Below, in pieces: positions 26,497 through 40,585 of a stretch of 64,000 nt of DNA. Position 1 is the stretch's first letter. Every line of letters begins with the position of its first letter. The stretch is from assembly GCF_018977255.1 (NCBI RefSeq), contig NW_024704742.1:46502001-46566000 (forward strand). The letters run 5' to 3'. Below the pieces are notes generated by a model. That model had not been told where the DNA came from, ran no database searches, and worked only from the letters and a program-made list of their open reading frames with translations. The DNA comes from Callorhinchus milii (Eukaryota). Made by a program: the position numbers and the translations under genes.

Positions 26497-27020
26497 AACA
26501 ACAAATTACATTTGTATAGCACCTTTCCTGTTAAGAGAACATCCGAAGGAGCCAGACATGCATGGATCCACACTCCAGCTAGTGGTTGGGATCAGGAGGG
26601 TTGGAGAGAGGGTAGGTGTAGAAGTGTGACTGAAGGCACGGTCAAAGAGAAGGGTCTTGAGACAGGTCTTGAAGAAGGCAAGGGAGTGGGCGAGGTGGAG
26701 AGACTGTGGGATGGAGTTCCACAGGGTGGAGGCACAGAGGCCGAAGGCTCACCCATCAATGGTGGGGCAGGCAAGGTGAGGGATGTGAAGCAGGCCAGAG
26801 CCTGCTGAGCAGAGGGAGCGGACAGGTTGGTAGGGGTTTAGGTGGTCAGAGTTATGGGAGGAGCAAGACTGTGGAGGGCTTTGAAGGTGAGGACCAGGCT
26901 TTTGAACTGTATCCTCTGAGTGATGGGAAGCCAGTGCAGCCAGGCGAGGATAAGAGTTATAGGTTTGAGGAGCCTTGTTAGGGAGAGGACACGGGCTGCA
27001 GATTTCTGGATGGTCTGCAA
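26497..27020 (-). mobile_element. L2 3' fragment
   Basis: IQKSAARVLS..LHWLPITQRIQFKSLVLTFKALH; (caa)n tail. Confidence 0.9.
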
Positions 27021-27699
27021 GGATCTGTCCTGAAATTGCCTGTTGCAACTCTAAGCCTATGTCCATTTTTGTTCCATTATCTTGACCCATCCTAAATTAT
27101 TGATCTGGGTTTACTTTTTTAGTCCCATTTAACATTATATATCTGCCTTAAGAACTGAAGAACCTTGTCTTGTCTAATCATTGTTCATATCTCATTCCTC
27201 TTGCACTAGGGATCATCCTTGTTGCTCTTTTCTGCACTGAAGTTGGCAGCTAATCAAATAATTGAACTGAGCCTCTCTTCATTAACTCTGACTGCAAGTG
27301 TTCAGTGTCTTTGATGATTTGTTTCCTTTCCATTTTCTTCCACCGCTGCCTATTTCATCAGTGAGAGTTGGACAATCTGAACTCCATGGGTGTCTTTAAC
27401 TATGTCTTTAACTATTACATGACCAGAAGATAGGTCTATTTCAAGCGAGCCAAACCAGCTGAACACCAGTTGGAAAATAACAAAAGAATAGAAATTGAAA
27501 ACTGTTTTGTAATTGTTAGAACAAATAACCAAGAATTAGTTAACCTGTAATTCAACCTTGTGGTTTGAGTAACATTTAAAACCCACTTGAGTTTCTGTCA
27601 CAGGCTATCAAATACTATGAACGATGTTAAATTAGGGTTGGGTTACAGCTTTACAAATCACTTTTTCTATATTGCACAATTTTTTGCAGTGCATCATCA

Positions 27700-27945
27700 C
27701 AATGGGCTTTCAGCCCTTTTGCCTCCACTCTCTGAAACTATATCCTGGAGTCCCTCCAACTCACTCTCTCCTTCACCCGGTTTAAGGTGTCAACACTTTC
27801 TCAAAACCTACCTCTTCAACTGCATTTTCAGTCATCTTTCTCCTCCTCATTCCCCTTTGCTCCCACCTCCAGCTTGGGTTAAGCTAGCACTGTTAAGTGC
27901 TATGGGACATCCTCCAGATATGAAAGATGCTTTAAAAATGTAAAT
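27700..27945 (+). mobile_element. Old L2 3' end
   Basis: LKTYLFNCIF and tail motif. Confidence 0.65.
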
Positions 27946-28309
27946 TTATATTGAATTACATCGGATGTCAACTTTTCATAATATGTTGCCCAAATTATTG
28001 TTTGGGATTTCCATAGACTTGAGTCAATTTATATTCTCGGCTAGCATTCCCTCCATGCTTAGGTGTAAAGTAGGAATCTTGTTCCTGAAGAGTTTAGTCA
28101 TTAAGTTTTGATTTTAACTTGTTGCTAATTGTTTTGGTAAAAGCTGAGAAATTATCTATGTTTTTCAGCTTGTGTAGTAACTTAAAAAAAAGCTTTCTAC
28201 AATGTCACACATTGTACCTGTAAGATATGATTTGCTCTTCTAAATAATTATTACAATTATTCTTCTGTCTTATTTCTATCAAGGTGATGGTCTGAAATTG
28301 GACGCTGTT

Positions 28310-28620
28310 GGTGGCCACTCCTCCACCTACCCCTTGGCTCAGCTGCACGTCCCTTGTCCCATCAGTTTCACCATTGGGGGCCATACTCTCAGCCACTGTG
28401 CCTCCAAACACTGGAACTCTGCCTCAATCCCTACATTATGCCTCCTCCTTGCCTGTTTCCAGATCATATCTGAAGACTTTCCTCTTTGACTGTACCTACA
28501 GTCACCTCCCCTCTCTCCCTGGCCTGGTGTCAACTTCCGCCACTGCCAAGTATTCCAAAATGTTACCTAGCATGGAGAGCGCTACATAAATGTAATTTGT
28601 TGGTATCGTTGTTGTTGCTG
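28310..28620 (+). mobile_element. Old L2 3' end
   Basis: YLKTFLFD and (ttg)n-like tail. Confidence 0.7.
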
Positions 28621-30241
28621 ATGCAGTTACCTCTCTACAACTACAAATGTTTCTATAAAATCTAAGGAATAAGTTGCTAGTATGGCACAGATTATATTTT
28701 TGTACATAAGAAAATTATCATTTAAAACCTGCTTCAAAGAGAATTTTTTGGAAAATAAAAGCCTAAAAGAGCCTGGGGACATATTACAAGCTTGTCAGTG
28801 TAAGCTACAAATCTGCATAAAATTAGCCTTGACATTCTGTATGATTTTGTTTCAAAACTGACTTCAGTTATTATCTTCTGAGACTGTATATACACACTGT
28901 GCATGCATAATAAGCACAAATAGCATTTTAAAGTGAAATGCCTGTGACAAGGTTTAAGTACTGAAATATTTTCTCGTGTGTATAAAAATGGTAAGTAGGT
29001 TTACTAATGTGTGTACACGTGCTGAAAACAATCTGCGAATGACTGGGAAGTCCTAAATGTTGATCGGATCTCAGGCAGTGTGGCAGTTGATGTGATAGCC
29101 TGGAGCATTACTATCAACTGCAAAGGCCACATTTTGGATGAGATGGAGCTTGTGGATTGTAGAGCTGAGGATGTTGTCATGAAGGACATTGGAGAAGTCA
29201 AGAAGTACAAAAATACATAGATATGGGTTTCAACTGCATTGTGTTTGAGATACAAACTAGTAGCTGAAGAGTTTTATTCAGGTCCCACATCTCTTTTAAA
29301 TTCCAATTTCCACAGAGCTTGAGGGAAGATTTGTAGACTTTATTAACTCTGACAAACAATCATGCAGGAGCAAAAGGGAATATCTCAAAGAGTGTGTTGC
29401 AGAATGAAAATAGAATGTGGAAGATTCTAAAAAAGTTATTTTAGACAAACTTAAATCCTCAGAGAAAAATGTTTCATAAAAAAATTCCCATTAAGATATT
29501 TGCAGGTGATGAAAATGTTATTGCAGAGAATGTAACTGCTTCAAAATGCCATTGCTAAAATTTCAACCTAAATATCACTGGATCTTCAATTCTTGAGTAG
29601 ATATTTTATATAAAGAAGGGAAATATGAATTTCTAGGGAAATACACTGTAGAATTTAAATATTTCCCACATGGAAAGCATTGAAAAACCACTACATGTCA
29701 TGTGATAAGAGTGTCAGAAAATGGAACAGGCTAAATATAAATTTTGATTAAAAAGTCATAGTGATACAATTTGTTTTCTTTTTGCATTATTTTAATAAGA
29801 CATATGCTGCTCTAAGATTGTTGTCCCAACATATCAGTAGAATTAAAACAGTTGCCATTCTATGACTGAATATGGCATCTGCACCAGCTTCTGGTATGAT
29901 CAGCAGATCTTCAATTTGTCTCAGAAATTCCATTAATTCTTTAGGTACAGTAGACAGTCAAATATACCCAAGTCGAGATTCAGTGATGGGGTCAATGAAG
30001 TGAAACCAATAGTGTACACTTCACAGTTAATCAGAAGTGCGATTGAATCATTCGTTTGCATTTGCTGATAATGCTTATTGCTCAAGATTTTTTGTCCTTT
30101 CTAAAAATTGGGAAGAAATCTACACTTAGAAATTCTAAATCTGTGTGAATTGAAACAGCAACTGTGGCAGTAAGACTTGGAATACTAGGCCATCGCCCAG
30201 GCCCATCATTCACAGGTGTACAGTCCTAATAATCCATCACA

Positions 30242-30483
30242 GGCCCAAAATTCCACCTGGTTTTAGCCGATAGACCATTTTGTCTTAAAATTGAAAATTT
30301 TAAGTTTAAATTTAAGCTAGCTTTTCTGGAGAATTCTTAAATTTGCTTCTCAGTTTAGATTCTGTTTTTCTGCAGTCCCTAAAAAGAACCAGTTTTCAAT
30401 TTGAAACTGATTCCTACAATTCTAGCTGATCCAAAACATTAAAAGATGGACTTGCAGGCTAAGACTAGATAGAATTTTAGGTT
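30242..30483. mobile_element. Old foldback/MITE-like element
   Basis: Left end ggcccaaaattccacctgg versus reverse complement of right end aacctaaaattctatctag. Related pieces near 13330, 33190, 49730 and 51040. Confidence 0.45.
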
Positions 30484-30499
30484 GGCTCCTGTCAACATC

Positions 30500-31435
30500 T
30501 CACTTGCTTCTCACTCCCCACTTCCTCAAACTCCTTGGCCGCTCCCTCCAACTCACTGAACCCATGTGTTCTGTTTGACCCTCAACTCTCCATCCTCTTG
30601 CCTAAGATTGCTTCTCTGCATCTTTGCTACATCACATATCTGTGCCCCCAACACCTTTGTCACCTACAGTCTCAGCTTCTCAAATGCCCGCTTCATGGGC
30701 CTCCCTCCACTGTCCTCAAGGCTTACTTAAGCTCATGCAAGACTTAACCTTATGCTTGCTGCCAACATCCTTACCGATATGAAATTTGCACATCATTAGC
30801 TCTCACCCTTGCTAAACTCCACTGGCTCCTGCCTTCCAGTGGATCAACTTCGAGATCCTTATCCTTGCATCTTCCTGCCCCTATGATCCTACCAGTATAT
30901 TCCTTCCCTCTGGAACTCCTCTCTTCCGTTTTGTCCTGCACCTCTCTCCATCTATCTTCCAGTCTCTTAATAAACTACCTCTTCCACTGTACCTACATTC
31001 ACTTCGCTCAACGTCTACTCCCATCCCCCTGCTTGTGGAGTCCTGTAGCTCAGTGGTTAGAGGACTCGCTTTGCAAGCGAGAGACCCGAGTTCAATTCCA
31101 GGCAGAGGGCGAAACCTTGGGCAAGTTTCCTTACTCCACACAGAGCCTAATAATAATCCCTCCAAAACCAAAAACAATAATAAATTGGTCATTTTCAATC
31201 CACGACTGTTTGTGGGACATTGCTGCGCGCAATTTGCTGCCGCGTTCGCCCACAAATATACAGTCAATTCACTTTACAGTGTGTTCTGTAAAGCGCTTTG
31301 GGATGCCCTCCCGACGTGAAAAGCGCTATATCAAATGCAAGGATTATTATTATTGTTATCCAGCACAATCTCTATAAAATTGCTCTGAGATGTTATTCTA
31401 TGTGAAAGGTGCCAAATAAATGCAAGTTGTTGTTC
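30500..31435 (+). mobile_element. Old L2 3' fragment interrupted by a young SINE
   Basis: ctccactggctcc...ggatcaacttcgagatcctt (LHWL..INF.IL); the tail resumes after 31355. Confidence 0.7.
31035..31354 (+). mobile_element. Young tRNA(Ala)-derived SINE, short form, full length
   Basis: A box TAGCTCAGTGG, TTTGCAA anticodon-like loop, B box GTTCAATTCC, L2-type tail and (tta)n. Confidence 0.95.
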
Positions 31436-32354
31436 CTATGCTGAGTTGTACTGAGTTGTTCTGGGGACTGTAAGCTTGGTTTTAACACTTGAGCATATTG
31501 TTCTACAATACCTTTGAAGGCTGTGAGTTTTCTCATTAAGAGCAGCTTGAATTATTTAATGCTGATATTATTCATTATTAATGAAACAATCAGTTGCTGC
31601 ATCCACGTTCCGACGCTTTCCATTTTATGGCTGGCAGCAAAAGGGAAGTTCAGCTGAACCTCAAGCACATTAAGAAAGAAAAGGTCTTATTCTTTTATTC
31701 ATGTCTCCTTACAGTTTTCTTCTGAATGTGGCCACTGTCTTTACTTAAAGCAAAGTCAACAGTGATTGATTAGTTACAAATGTTTGTGGGCAATAATTCA
31801 TCTGGGGCCCACCAGCATGATAACCAATGTAGCTTCTGTTATTTTGCTCCTGTTTCCTTTCTAAAGTAGCCTCTTTTCTCCCCACAATGTACCACAGCCA
31901 TACAACTCTACCAAACATTGCTTCTCTGAGGCTGAATCACCGGAAGGGTCTATTTTGAGATACAAAATGCTTTTTTCCTTCCTGCTGAACTGTAATATTT
32001 CACCCTCATATATCACTGCACCTTGAAGTTTGGCTAAGATCTTACAGATCATCAGTGATCCAGAAAATTAAATATACAGCAAAGTACTGCCTATCAGCCC
32101 TCAGATATTTGCATATCCAGTTCTCTGCACCAGAGCTGAAATCCTGGAAGTAAAGTGGCTGCGAAACTTTGGTAATTTTTTTTAATGTGACCAAGGTCAG
32201 GAATGTTTTGCCCTATTTTCATATTCATAATGCAACTGGGCCCCAATTAATGAGAATATTGGGCTTTACAGTCATTTTCCTTAGTATGCTTTCAGCCAAT
32301 GTAGCTTGCATTAAATGCAATATAATCTTATAGGAATTTTGAACTGATATGGGA

Positions 32355-32625
32355 ACATATACAACACAGAAACAGAAGGAGGCCATATTCCAATTGCCTG
32401 CGCTATTGAATAATAATAATAATATTATTATTTCCCCTTTATTCTATACTATACAAGTATCTATCTCATTTAAACATCCTATTGATTCCGCCTCCACAAC
32501 TTTCTGGGACAGGGCATTCCATATCTTCACAACCCTCTATGTGAAGAAATGCTTCTTGACCTTAGTTTTAAATATCTTGGTTCTGATTTTGAGGCTATGC
32601 TCTCTCATAATAGATCCCTTGATTA
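32355..32625 (-). mobile_element. Old CR1 3' end
   Basis: cattccatatcttcacaaccctctatgtgaagaaatg is the reverse of the FFxQRVVxxWN region. Confidence 0.65.
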
Positions 32626-33749
32626 CGAAAAGGAAGAGTCATCCAATATCTCAATGGAGGATCTTAGAATTCACCGAGCAAGCAGGCAGGACCTCCATTT
32701 AACTTCTCATCCAAAGGATGTAACCTCCAACAATGCAGTGCTCCCCCACCCACATCCTTCTGACTCGGAAGTAAGAGTGCTACCAACTGAGCCCTCAAGA
32801 GACAAATGCCTGGAGATTGCAACATTTTTCGTGAATGTGGTTCAGAAAACTAAAAAAAAAAGAGATTGCTAAAGGTGAGGTTAAGTGATTGTATACTTTG
32901 CAGAGAAAACAAAAGGTTAAAGCATTTGCAGCTGAACACTCTGTGGAAATCAGGCTAACCAGTCTCCTTTGGGGTTGTTCCAAATCGATTATTGCCACAT
33001 AAAATTACAGAAGGAAAATAGGAAACAGAGTAGTTAGCACTGGGTTGTAAGAAATGAATGGCATTTGCAGGACAGCATTTGAAAAGGCCAAAACTAAAGT
33101 GCAGTGTTGATAATTAATTCTTACGCCATTGTTGAAGGAACATTAGTTTCAGTAGAAATGGAAAAGCACTGGCACATCCTAACAGAGGCTTATATATTCC
33201 ACCTAGATTTCTTCTATTTACCTAGCATTTTAGAGCATCCAGAATTTGACAAATTCTTGAATGTAGCCGTAGGTTTTGAAGGCCAGTTTTCTCTAGGTTT
33301 ATTTTCAGGACTGCAGAAAATAGACTTCAAAGTTAAGACTGAATTGAACAATTTACCAAATTCTGTAAATTCCATCTTGAATTTCTCTCCTATTGTCCCT
33401 TGTCTAACATATGTCGCTACTGAGCATATTTAAATGGTTATGTTGCACATTTCCTAGTTAGATTTCTTTACTGCAGAGGAGTTTAGTTCAGCAAAATGTT
33501 TCTGTTTTGAATTTATTCTGGGTTTTATTTCCGAAAACAACAGTTGATGCAATTTTATTCACTTTGCATCACTGCTAGATATCATTAGTTACACCATGCA
33601 TTACAGTTAAAATTGAAGTCAGCAAGCTTAGTTCTTCACATATCCACTACTCTTCCCCAGAAAGCTGCATAAACAGAATCAATAGGGATGTTTAAAAGAG
33701 AAGCAGAGAGATGCGTGAGTAGTAGAGGTATTAAGAGGGGCGATGCTTC

Positions 33750-34200
33750 TACAAGAATAACTTGCATTTATGTGGTGCCCATGAAAGGGTGTTGCAGGAT
33801 AGCATCTCAGGAACCTGCACAATGGTAGGGTTGGATGCCAAGCAGGTGAGAAGGGAAAGGGGGTGGTGACCATAGACACGGTCGAAAAAGTAACTCTTCA
33901 AGTGGAATTTAAAAATAAATAAATAGGGGACTAGGTGGAATGATTGAAGTGGGAGTTCCAGAAGTTGTGGACATAGTGGCCAAAATCGCAATGGATGCAC
34001 ATCAGGCCTGTGACAGCTGAATGAAGGGGACTGGTAGAGGTGTGGGGTACCAGCAAGTCAGAGGGGTAATCAGAATGCTGGGGCATGAAAGAGATTTATG
34101 TGATGGTGAAGATCTTCAAATCAATCCTTTTGGCGACCAAGGATTGGTATGGGTGAGAATGCGAGGTGAGGTTTGGGTGAGCTGGATCTTGCGGATGGAC
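33750..34200 (-). mobile_element. Old L2 3' fragment
   Basis: Reverse tail and FKFHLKSYFFD. Confidence 0.6.
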
Positions 34201-34459
34201 CTTCTAGGATCATTTTGGTACTGAAGATTTTAATATGCTTCTCTAATATGCTTTGAAAAATCTACGGCCACATGCTAAAGTTGAGCACAAAATTAAGAGA
34301 AAAAGAATTCTTGTTTTGTACATTGTCATGTTTTTAGCGCTGACAGTGATCTGGCTGACTGCTGAGTTCAGGTTATTTACATAGCTAAATGCTAGTAATA
34401 ATAAAAGTAATCCTTGCGTTTAGCATAACACCTTTCACTTCCCAAAGCCTTTTATAATA

Positions 34460-34680
34460 TAATAACATAATGCTTGCATTTGATATAGCATCTTATCACG
34501 TCTTCGAAATGTCTCAAATTGCTTCGCAGAATATAAGGTAAAATGAACAAAACACAAAATACTGCAAAATATTTTTGTGGGTGAAATGTGCCAGCCAATT
34601 GTGCAGAGCAGTGTCCCACACACAGTTGTGGATTGAGTGACTAAATTATTTTTATTTATTTTGAAGGAATTATTACCCAG
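34460..34680 (-). mobile_element. SINE 3' half
   Basis: Reverse tail (tgcatttgatatagc) and Deu-like body. Confidence 0.75.
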
Positions 34681-36849
34681 GATTTACTGTGAAGTGACTG
34701 CGTTTTGAGGCTTGTACCATGACATTACTCAGCTATCAGTCAGTGCTTTGGCTTGAGATACCCTAATGATTACAATGAAATAACTAATGAAGATGATTAC
34801 AATGTGCATAAAGAGTTTCCAAGCTACCCATAGTAATTGATTTCCATGGTAAAGATAATGAACATTCTCTCATGCATATTAATTCTCACCTGTCTCCCTT
34901 AAGACACGAAGGCTGGTTATATTTTACAAAAAGTCCTGAACAGCTTAAATTTTAAGCACCATTCTATTCTGTATTTGTTGGTATTCAATTCAATTGTAGA
35001 CTGTAACAGGAAACAAAACAGAGCAAAACTATCGAAAGAGTGTTATATCTTGTAATAATCAATAAAGCCATTTACAATGACATTGCGAGAGAGACTTCAA
35101 TATATATATATCATGAAAACCTGTCCCTGCAGGTTTGTCTCAATCTATTTAAAATTTCAGCTGTGTCATCCCAATAGCAAGCATCAGTTGTGCCTCGGTT
35201 TGATTTTAGTGTTGAAGTGTTAACAAATTAAAATATTTCCTGAGCCAAGAAACATAGAAATAAGTAATGGGCTTTGAACATCAGTCACTCAGTAATATAT
35301 TTTGGCAATCCATATTATTTTTCTTTGACAGAAATGATGTAGGGGTAAAAAGGAGGTTTGTGATGTGATAAGTATCACCAGCGATAATCTCATACTGTAT
35401 TTTCACTCCATAGTGGTTAAGCTTCATAAGTTGGCAGCATTTTCTTCATATTTAAAGTCCATTCTCTATTTTTGCAGTCATGCCTATATTGATCATCTCC
35501 ATTGGTCTTCAATGGCAGAGATCAGTTCTCTCTTTCCCTATATGTCTATGTTGTTTGAGGTCTGTGCAGCTCATTATTTCAAATGCGTAGCATTACTCCA
35601 GCTATTGAATTAACTATTTATTTTGCAATTAACTGGGAACATATTGCCTTTAAGCAATCTCAGACTGTAACTTACTTTTTCAAAATACATTGGGCTTTCT
35701 TCCCAAAAGGCATTGCCATTTGAGTAACTTTGCATCTCTGTACAATTTAATTTATTTATTAGCAATGCATTCTGTTAACAAAGGTTACCTGGTTCATTTT
35801 AATTATTATGCTGATTAATTTGTGCAATTTCACTGAACTTTCCATTGGTGGACTTAACTTATTGCCAGCAACAAATCACCAGGTGTCAATGCAGAAATAG
35901 GACAATGACTCGACAGTTACTCTACAAATTGCATAGTTACTATCAATAGTGCTTTTTATGCCCATTCACAGCACAATTTAACCCTTCATTGTAATTTTAC
36001 CTTCTCATTGCATTGAATTGCTTATTGCAAGTTGTCATACCTCACATACTAGTCACTCATCTATGCTCATCCTATCTCTCTTAATCCTTGGGATCAACTA
36101 TTCTGGTTAAATTGCATGAAGCAGCATTTGGAGAATGAAAGATTTATAGGCAGCTGCTTTCAAAGCATTTTTACAGGTTCGAGTCACAGATATTACATTT
36201 GTTGGCTATCTTACTTTGTCAGAATGATGGAAGGATTTTATTCTTTGTAGTTTTATTTCTAATGAACCAAGGTGAATGGCCAAGACCAGGGCACCAGTAG
36301 CTGAAATAAATGGGACTAATATGCATTATTTGCTAACGCTGTTAAACTTTTCATTTGACGTTCTAATGGGAAATCCAGTAAGAAAATGTGCTGCCATGCA
36401 TGTTTTAGATACATCAAAAAGGAATTGTGCTAACCTCTTGGGCATAAACGCCTGTAGGTTCTGGCAGCATGAGAATATTTAGTGAGCTAAGTAATTTTAT
36501 ATTTGTTTGGAAGTTGAAGGACAAAAAGATTTAAAGTAAAAGGTGGTCTGATTTTACAATTGGCCAATTTACAGGTAATCCTTTTTGAACAAGAGTGCAA
36601 GAGTTGTGGTAACAGAACCCACAGATGTGGGAGAAATATTGAGAGTTGCATTTACAATATAGAGTTCAGAGGTGTTCTGACAAGGCGAAGGACAGAATTG
36701 AGATGGGAATTTGAATTCTAGAAGGTGGCCATGTGTCACATTTAGATGCTCTATTTAAAAATATGTTTTGTATATACGTGTATCACAATTAAGTCCCCTT
36801 AGTAAACTATATCCACCTCTGTCTATTCATTCAGAAGATGTAATAGCAA

Positions 36850-37110
36850 GGGTCAGCATGGCACAGTTGGTAGCACGATAAACCAAGGAAATGTTATAAC
36901 TGCGTAGGTGGATGTTAAGATCTCATGGCACTATTTGAAAAGGGAAGGGAGTTTCTCTCAATTTTCTGACCAACAACCCCAATAAAATTGGTCATTTACT
37001 TCAGGGCTGTTTGGGGGAAATTGCTGTGCAGAAATTGTTTGTCGTATTTGCCCTCAAAAACAGTCACTATGTTTTACAGTATATCCTGTGAAGCACTTTA
37101 ATATCTCTTC
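36850..37110 (+). mobile_element. Old Deu-domain SINE
   Basis: ggtggatgttaagatctcatggcactatttg...ggctgtttgggggaaattgctgtgca. Confidence 0.7.
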
Positions 37111-37651
37111 TGAAGTATGGCAATCCAACATTACAGCATACCCTTGGGTCTTAATTCCATCCTTCACCTTGTCAAGGTCTAAGTGCAGTTTGGGATTTCA
37201 TTGGATTTTGAGACGATCTGCTGATCTGAAAGGTGCTATATCAGATATAAGGTTAATTATTTTTATCACTCAATTATTATAATTATATAATAGATGGGGA
37301 TTCCATTGTTGCTGTTATAAATTAAGAGTTCTAACATCTGTCCACAAGGGAAAATAAATTAACTATAGTTCAGCTTGAACAGTTTATGTCACCATCAGCA
37401 CCGTGTCTATAAAAATTGATCCATCGGTCATATAAAATGTGTTTCTCCTGATGGGCTATTTTTATTACAATTGATTTTCTCAGTTAATGCTTAATACTCA
37501 AAGAATCATGGCCTGACATTCTTGTGTTGACAAATTTTCGTAACAATCTTGACCCGCATAAACAGTGCAACATTGTGTCAATGAATGAAATATCTTGTTC
37601 AGCACTGACCTTACCTTTCCTGCCTCTCATATGCTTGGCTTTAAATATGCA

Positions 37652-37938
37652 GCAAGTCTCAAAACGCTTCACGGAATATACTGTAAAGTGAATTGACTGT
37701 ATACTTTGTGGGTAAAACATGGCAGCCAGTTGCGCACAGCAGTGTTCCACAAACAGTCGTAGATTGAGTGACCAATTGATTATTGAATTATTACCCCTGG
37801 AAAATTGACTAACAATCGGGTTCCTACTTACTGCTAGGTAGACAGAGGTGTGTGGAGTAAGGAAATGTGCCCAACATTTCTCCCTGCCCGGAATCAAACC
37901 CAGGTCTCTCGCTTACAAGGCGAGCTACGGGACTCCAC
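37652..37938 (-). mobile_element. tRNA-derived SINE, long form
   Basis: Reverse head, CORE-like plus extra segment, Deu-like body. Confidence 0.85.
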
Positions 37939-39024
37939 ACCATCAGAAAAGCTTGGAACATATGGCAGTCAATGAACACAACATAGGTTGGTATCCCATT
38001 TCATATCTAAGTCTGAGATAACTCAGAGTAATAATTCAATAATTCACTGTTTGCTGACTGAAGTCAAATTTTTGAACTTTAATTTTTAAAGGATAAAACA
38101 GTGCCCAAAATTGCTGCAGCTAGTGAACAGCATATGAAGGAAAGTTAAATTAACCTTCAAATAGGCTAAGCGTTGTGTCTAAAGTGGAAACCCAGTTATG
38201 TATATTACATAGATTTTAAAAGTTGCTTCAAGTTGAACTTTCATACAATATGTATGATTATGGACAGTCGAGCACAAATTGAGAATCTGCAACAGTTTAC
38301 ATGGATATGATTGTATGGAGTTAACTGTGTATAAAAAACATAATACCTCTCCTGCTTGAACCAAATTCCTTTAATTGACTTTCACCCTAAATCTACATTT
38401 CATTTCAGCACCGAGCAACTGATGGAGAAATCAAATCACCTAATATATGTCTCGCACAGCAGTTCATGCTCGCAGCAAAACAAAAACAATTTACTCAGTC
38501 TCCCAGGAGCACACAATCTGCTTTGGTAAATATGGCACAATTGACATCAGTCCTGGAATATCACACATTTTATTCAGACATCTGTCTACCCAAAAATATA
38601 TAACTGGCATCGTACAAATGAGTTGACTGATCTTGCATGACAAATTTTGTTGTCAGTAAAAGCTATTTTGCCTGCGGCAGAAAAACACCAACACTGCAGA
38701 TATGCATTACAAATGGTTTGTGCAACTAGTGCAGATAATAAAAAGAATAAAAGCAAACCTCTCTTCCAATCAGTTCAGACTGTTACAGTAAAATGAAAAC
38801 GCATTAATTGCATGACATTCCTTACATATAATCCTTATCTTCGTTTACACTCTGTCATTTTCTGTGCATGTTGATATATATGCTTCAATGTGTTTGAGTG
38901 CTTTTCATTTTATATTCTTCTGAGAAACTATTGCATATGTTTTTGTTTTGGAATTCTGCTTAACTTTAAACTTAGCTTATGTTTGCGTCTCCCAGAATCT
39001 CAGCACAATTGGTTTATTAATGAT

Positions 39025-39785
39025 AGTAATAATCCTTACATTTGACATAGTGGCATGTCATATCTTTGAAAGGACCCATTGTGCTTCACAGCATTTACTG
39101 CAATGAGTACAGACTGTTGTAGGCAGACACAGGAGTCAATTTTGTGCGCAGGAATGTACTACAAACATCCATTAAATGAATGATCAATTTGATCTGGAGA
39201 TTGTTGACCAAGAAATTGGGAGAAACTTCCTTTTTTCGAACAGCACTGTGGGATCTTCAGTGTCTACCTAAATAGGCAGATGGGGTCTTGGTTTAACATC
39301 CTTTCTGAAGGACATCATCTCCTTCAAGATCCAAATGATCTTATATCGTAATTATAATGCAAGAGCTTGAAAAGAACTTTTTTTTACAAATAAACATGAT
39401 GGCCATTTGTGCCAGCAAGGTTCCGCAAACAGCACTGACATGAATCATTATCTGGAGGATTGTTGGCCAAGAGAAACACCCTTCACTTTTGAAATAGTGT
39501 CACAACATCTACCTGAGGACTAGACAGCCAGACCCTCAGTTTAACATCTCATTCCAAAAGCAGCATCCTCAACAATACAGCCCTCTCACGTGACTGGACT
39601 GGAGTTTAGGCCTCGTGGATGAGTTCAAAACTTGAGGTGAATGGTCAATGTACTTCTTCTGTCCACACATTTCACCAACAAAAAAAACAGTAAAATCACT
39701 TTACAGTATATCATGTGAAGCACTTTCAGACGTCTTGAAGACGTGATAAGACGGTATATAAAATGCAAGGATTATTATTATATAG
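39025..39785. mobile_element. Cluster of old Deu-type SINE fragments (two minus-strand bodies, one plus-strand tail)
   Basis: Reverse Deu motifs (gggatcttcagtgtctacct, ggtttaacatc) and a tail at 39690-39783. Confidence 0.55.
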
Positions 39786-40585
39786 GGAGATCTTTATTTG
39801 CTGGCACACGTTGCTAATGTATTGCAGGGAAATACAGCTGAAAGAATTAAGAGTTTGACTTTTAAATGCATATGTGCAATTGAACTGAAGTAATATTTGA
39901 AGTAATATCTGAAATGTTACTGGTTTTACTGCAGTAATTATCATTCAAAGAATTTTTGCTCCTAATGAAGAAATTCGATTTCTTAATGTTGCTCCTAATT
40001 CAAAGTAATTAAATGGTACAATTACTTTTGTTCAACACTAAATATAGAAATTAATTAATGAATCACTGTACATCAATTTATTCTCAATTTCCAATGTCTT
40101 TTCTAAGAAAATGTTATTAATTAAGAGCAACAGATTTTCCTTTGAAGTGCTATGTTACAAATCTTGACCTTCTGCAGTATTATTATTTGTAAATGAATGA
40201 CATTGTTGCCAGCAACCTGCGTGACTAAGTTAATCATCTCATTAATCAAAAGGTATTTAAAAGAGACTCAGAATCGAGATGAAATGCTAATTGTGTCTAT
40301 TCAAACTGAGGATGTTTTTACTAAAATCACTGTTAAGCATTGAAATAAACTGTTAGTTAAAATTACCGCTTAAATAATAATTATTGAAAAATTATTAGAG
40401 AGACCTGAACCATCTTTCTTAACAAAAATATCATTCTTCAGAGTGCTTAGGCAGCTGCAGAAATCAAGCAAAGGGTTTCATTCAAGGCTTCCAAGTTCAA
40501 ACATAAATTATGATCATCATTTGAATTAAAATTCCCTTGATGGGAAACATTGATTGGTCCTTCTTTAAAAACAAGACAGAGCCCT

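Noticed and set aside
29004..29255. Exon-like open frames
   Set aside because: The minus strand reads LDFSNVL..STIHKLHLIQN, a decayed L2 ORF2 remnant
31035..31110. tRNA-Ala(TGC)-like sequence (also at 50086, 50402, 41750)
   Set aside because: No proper acceptor stem, and it continues into a SINE body and tail; these are SINE heads, not tRNA genes
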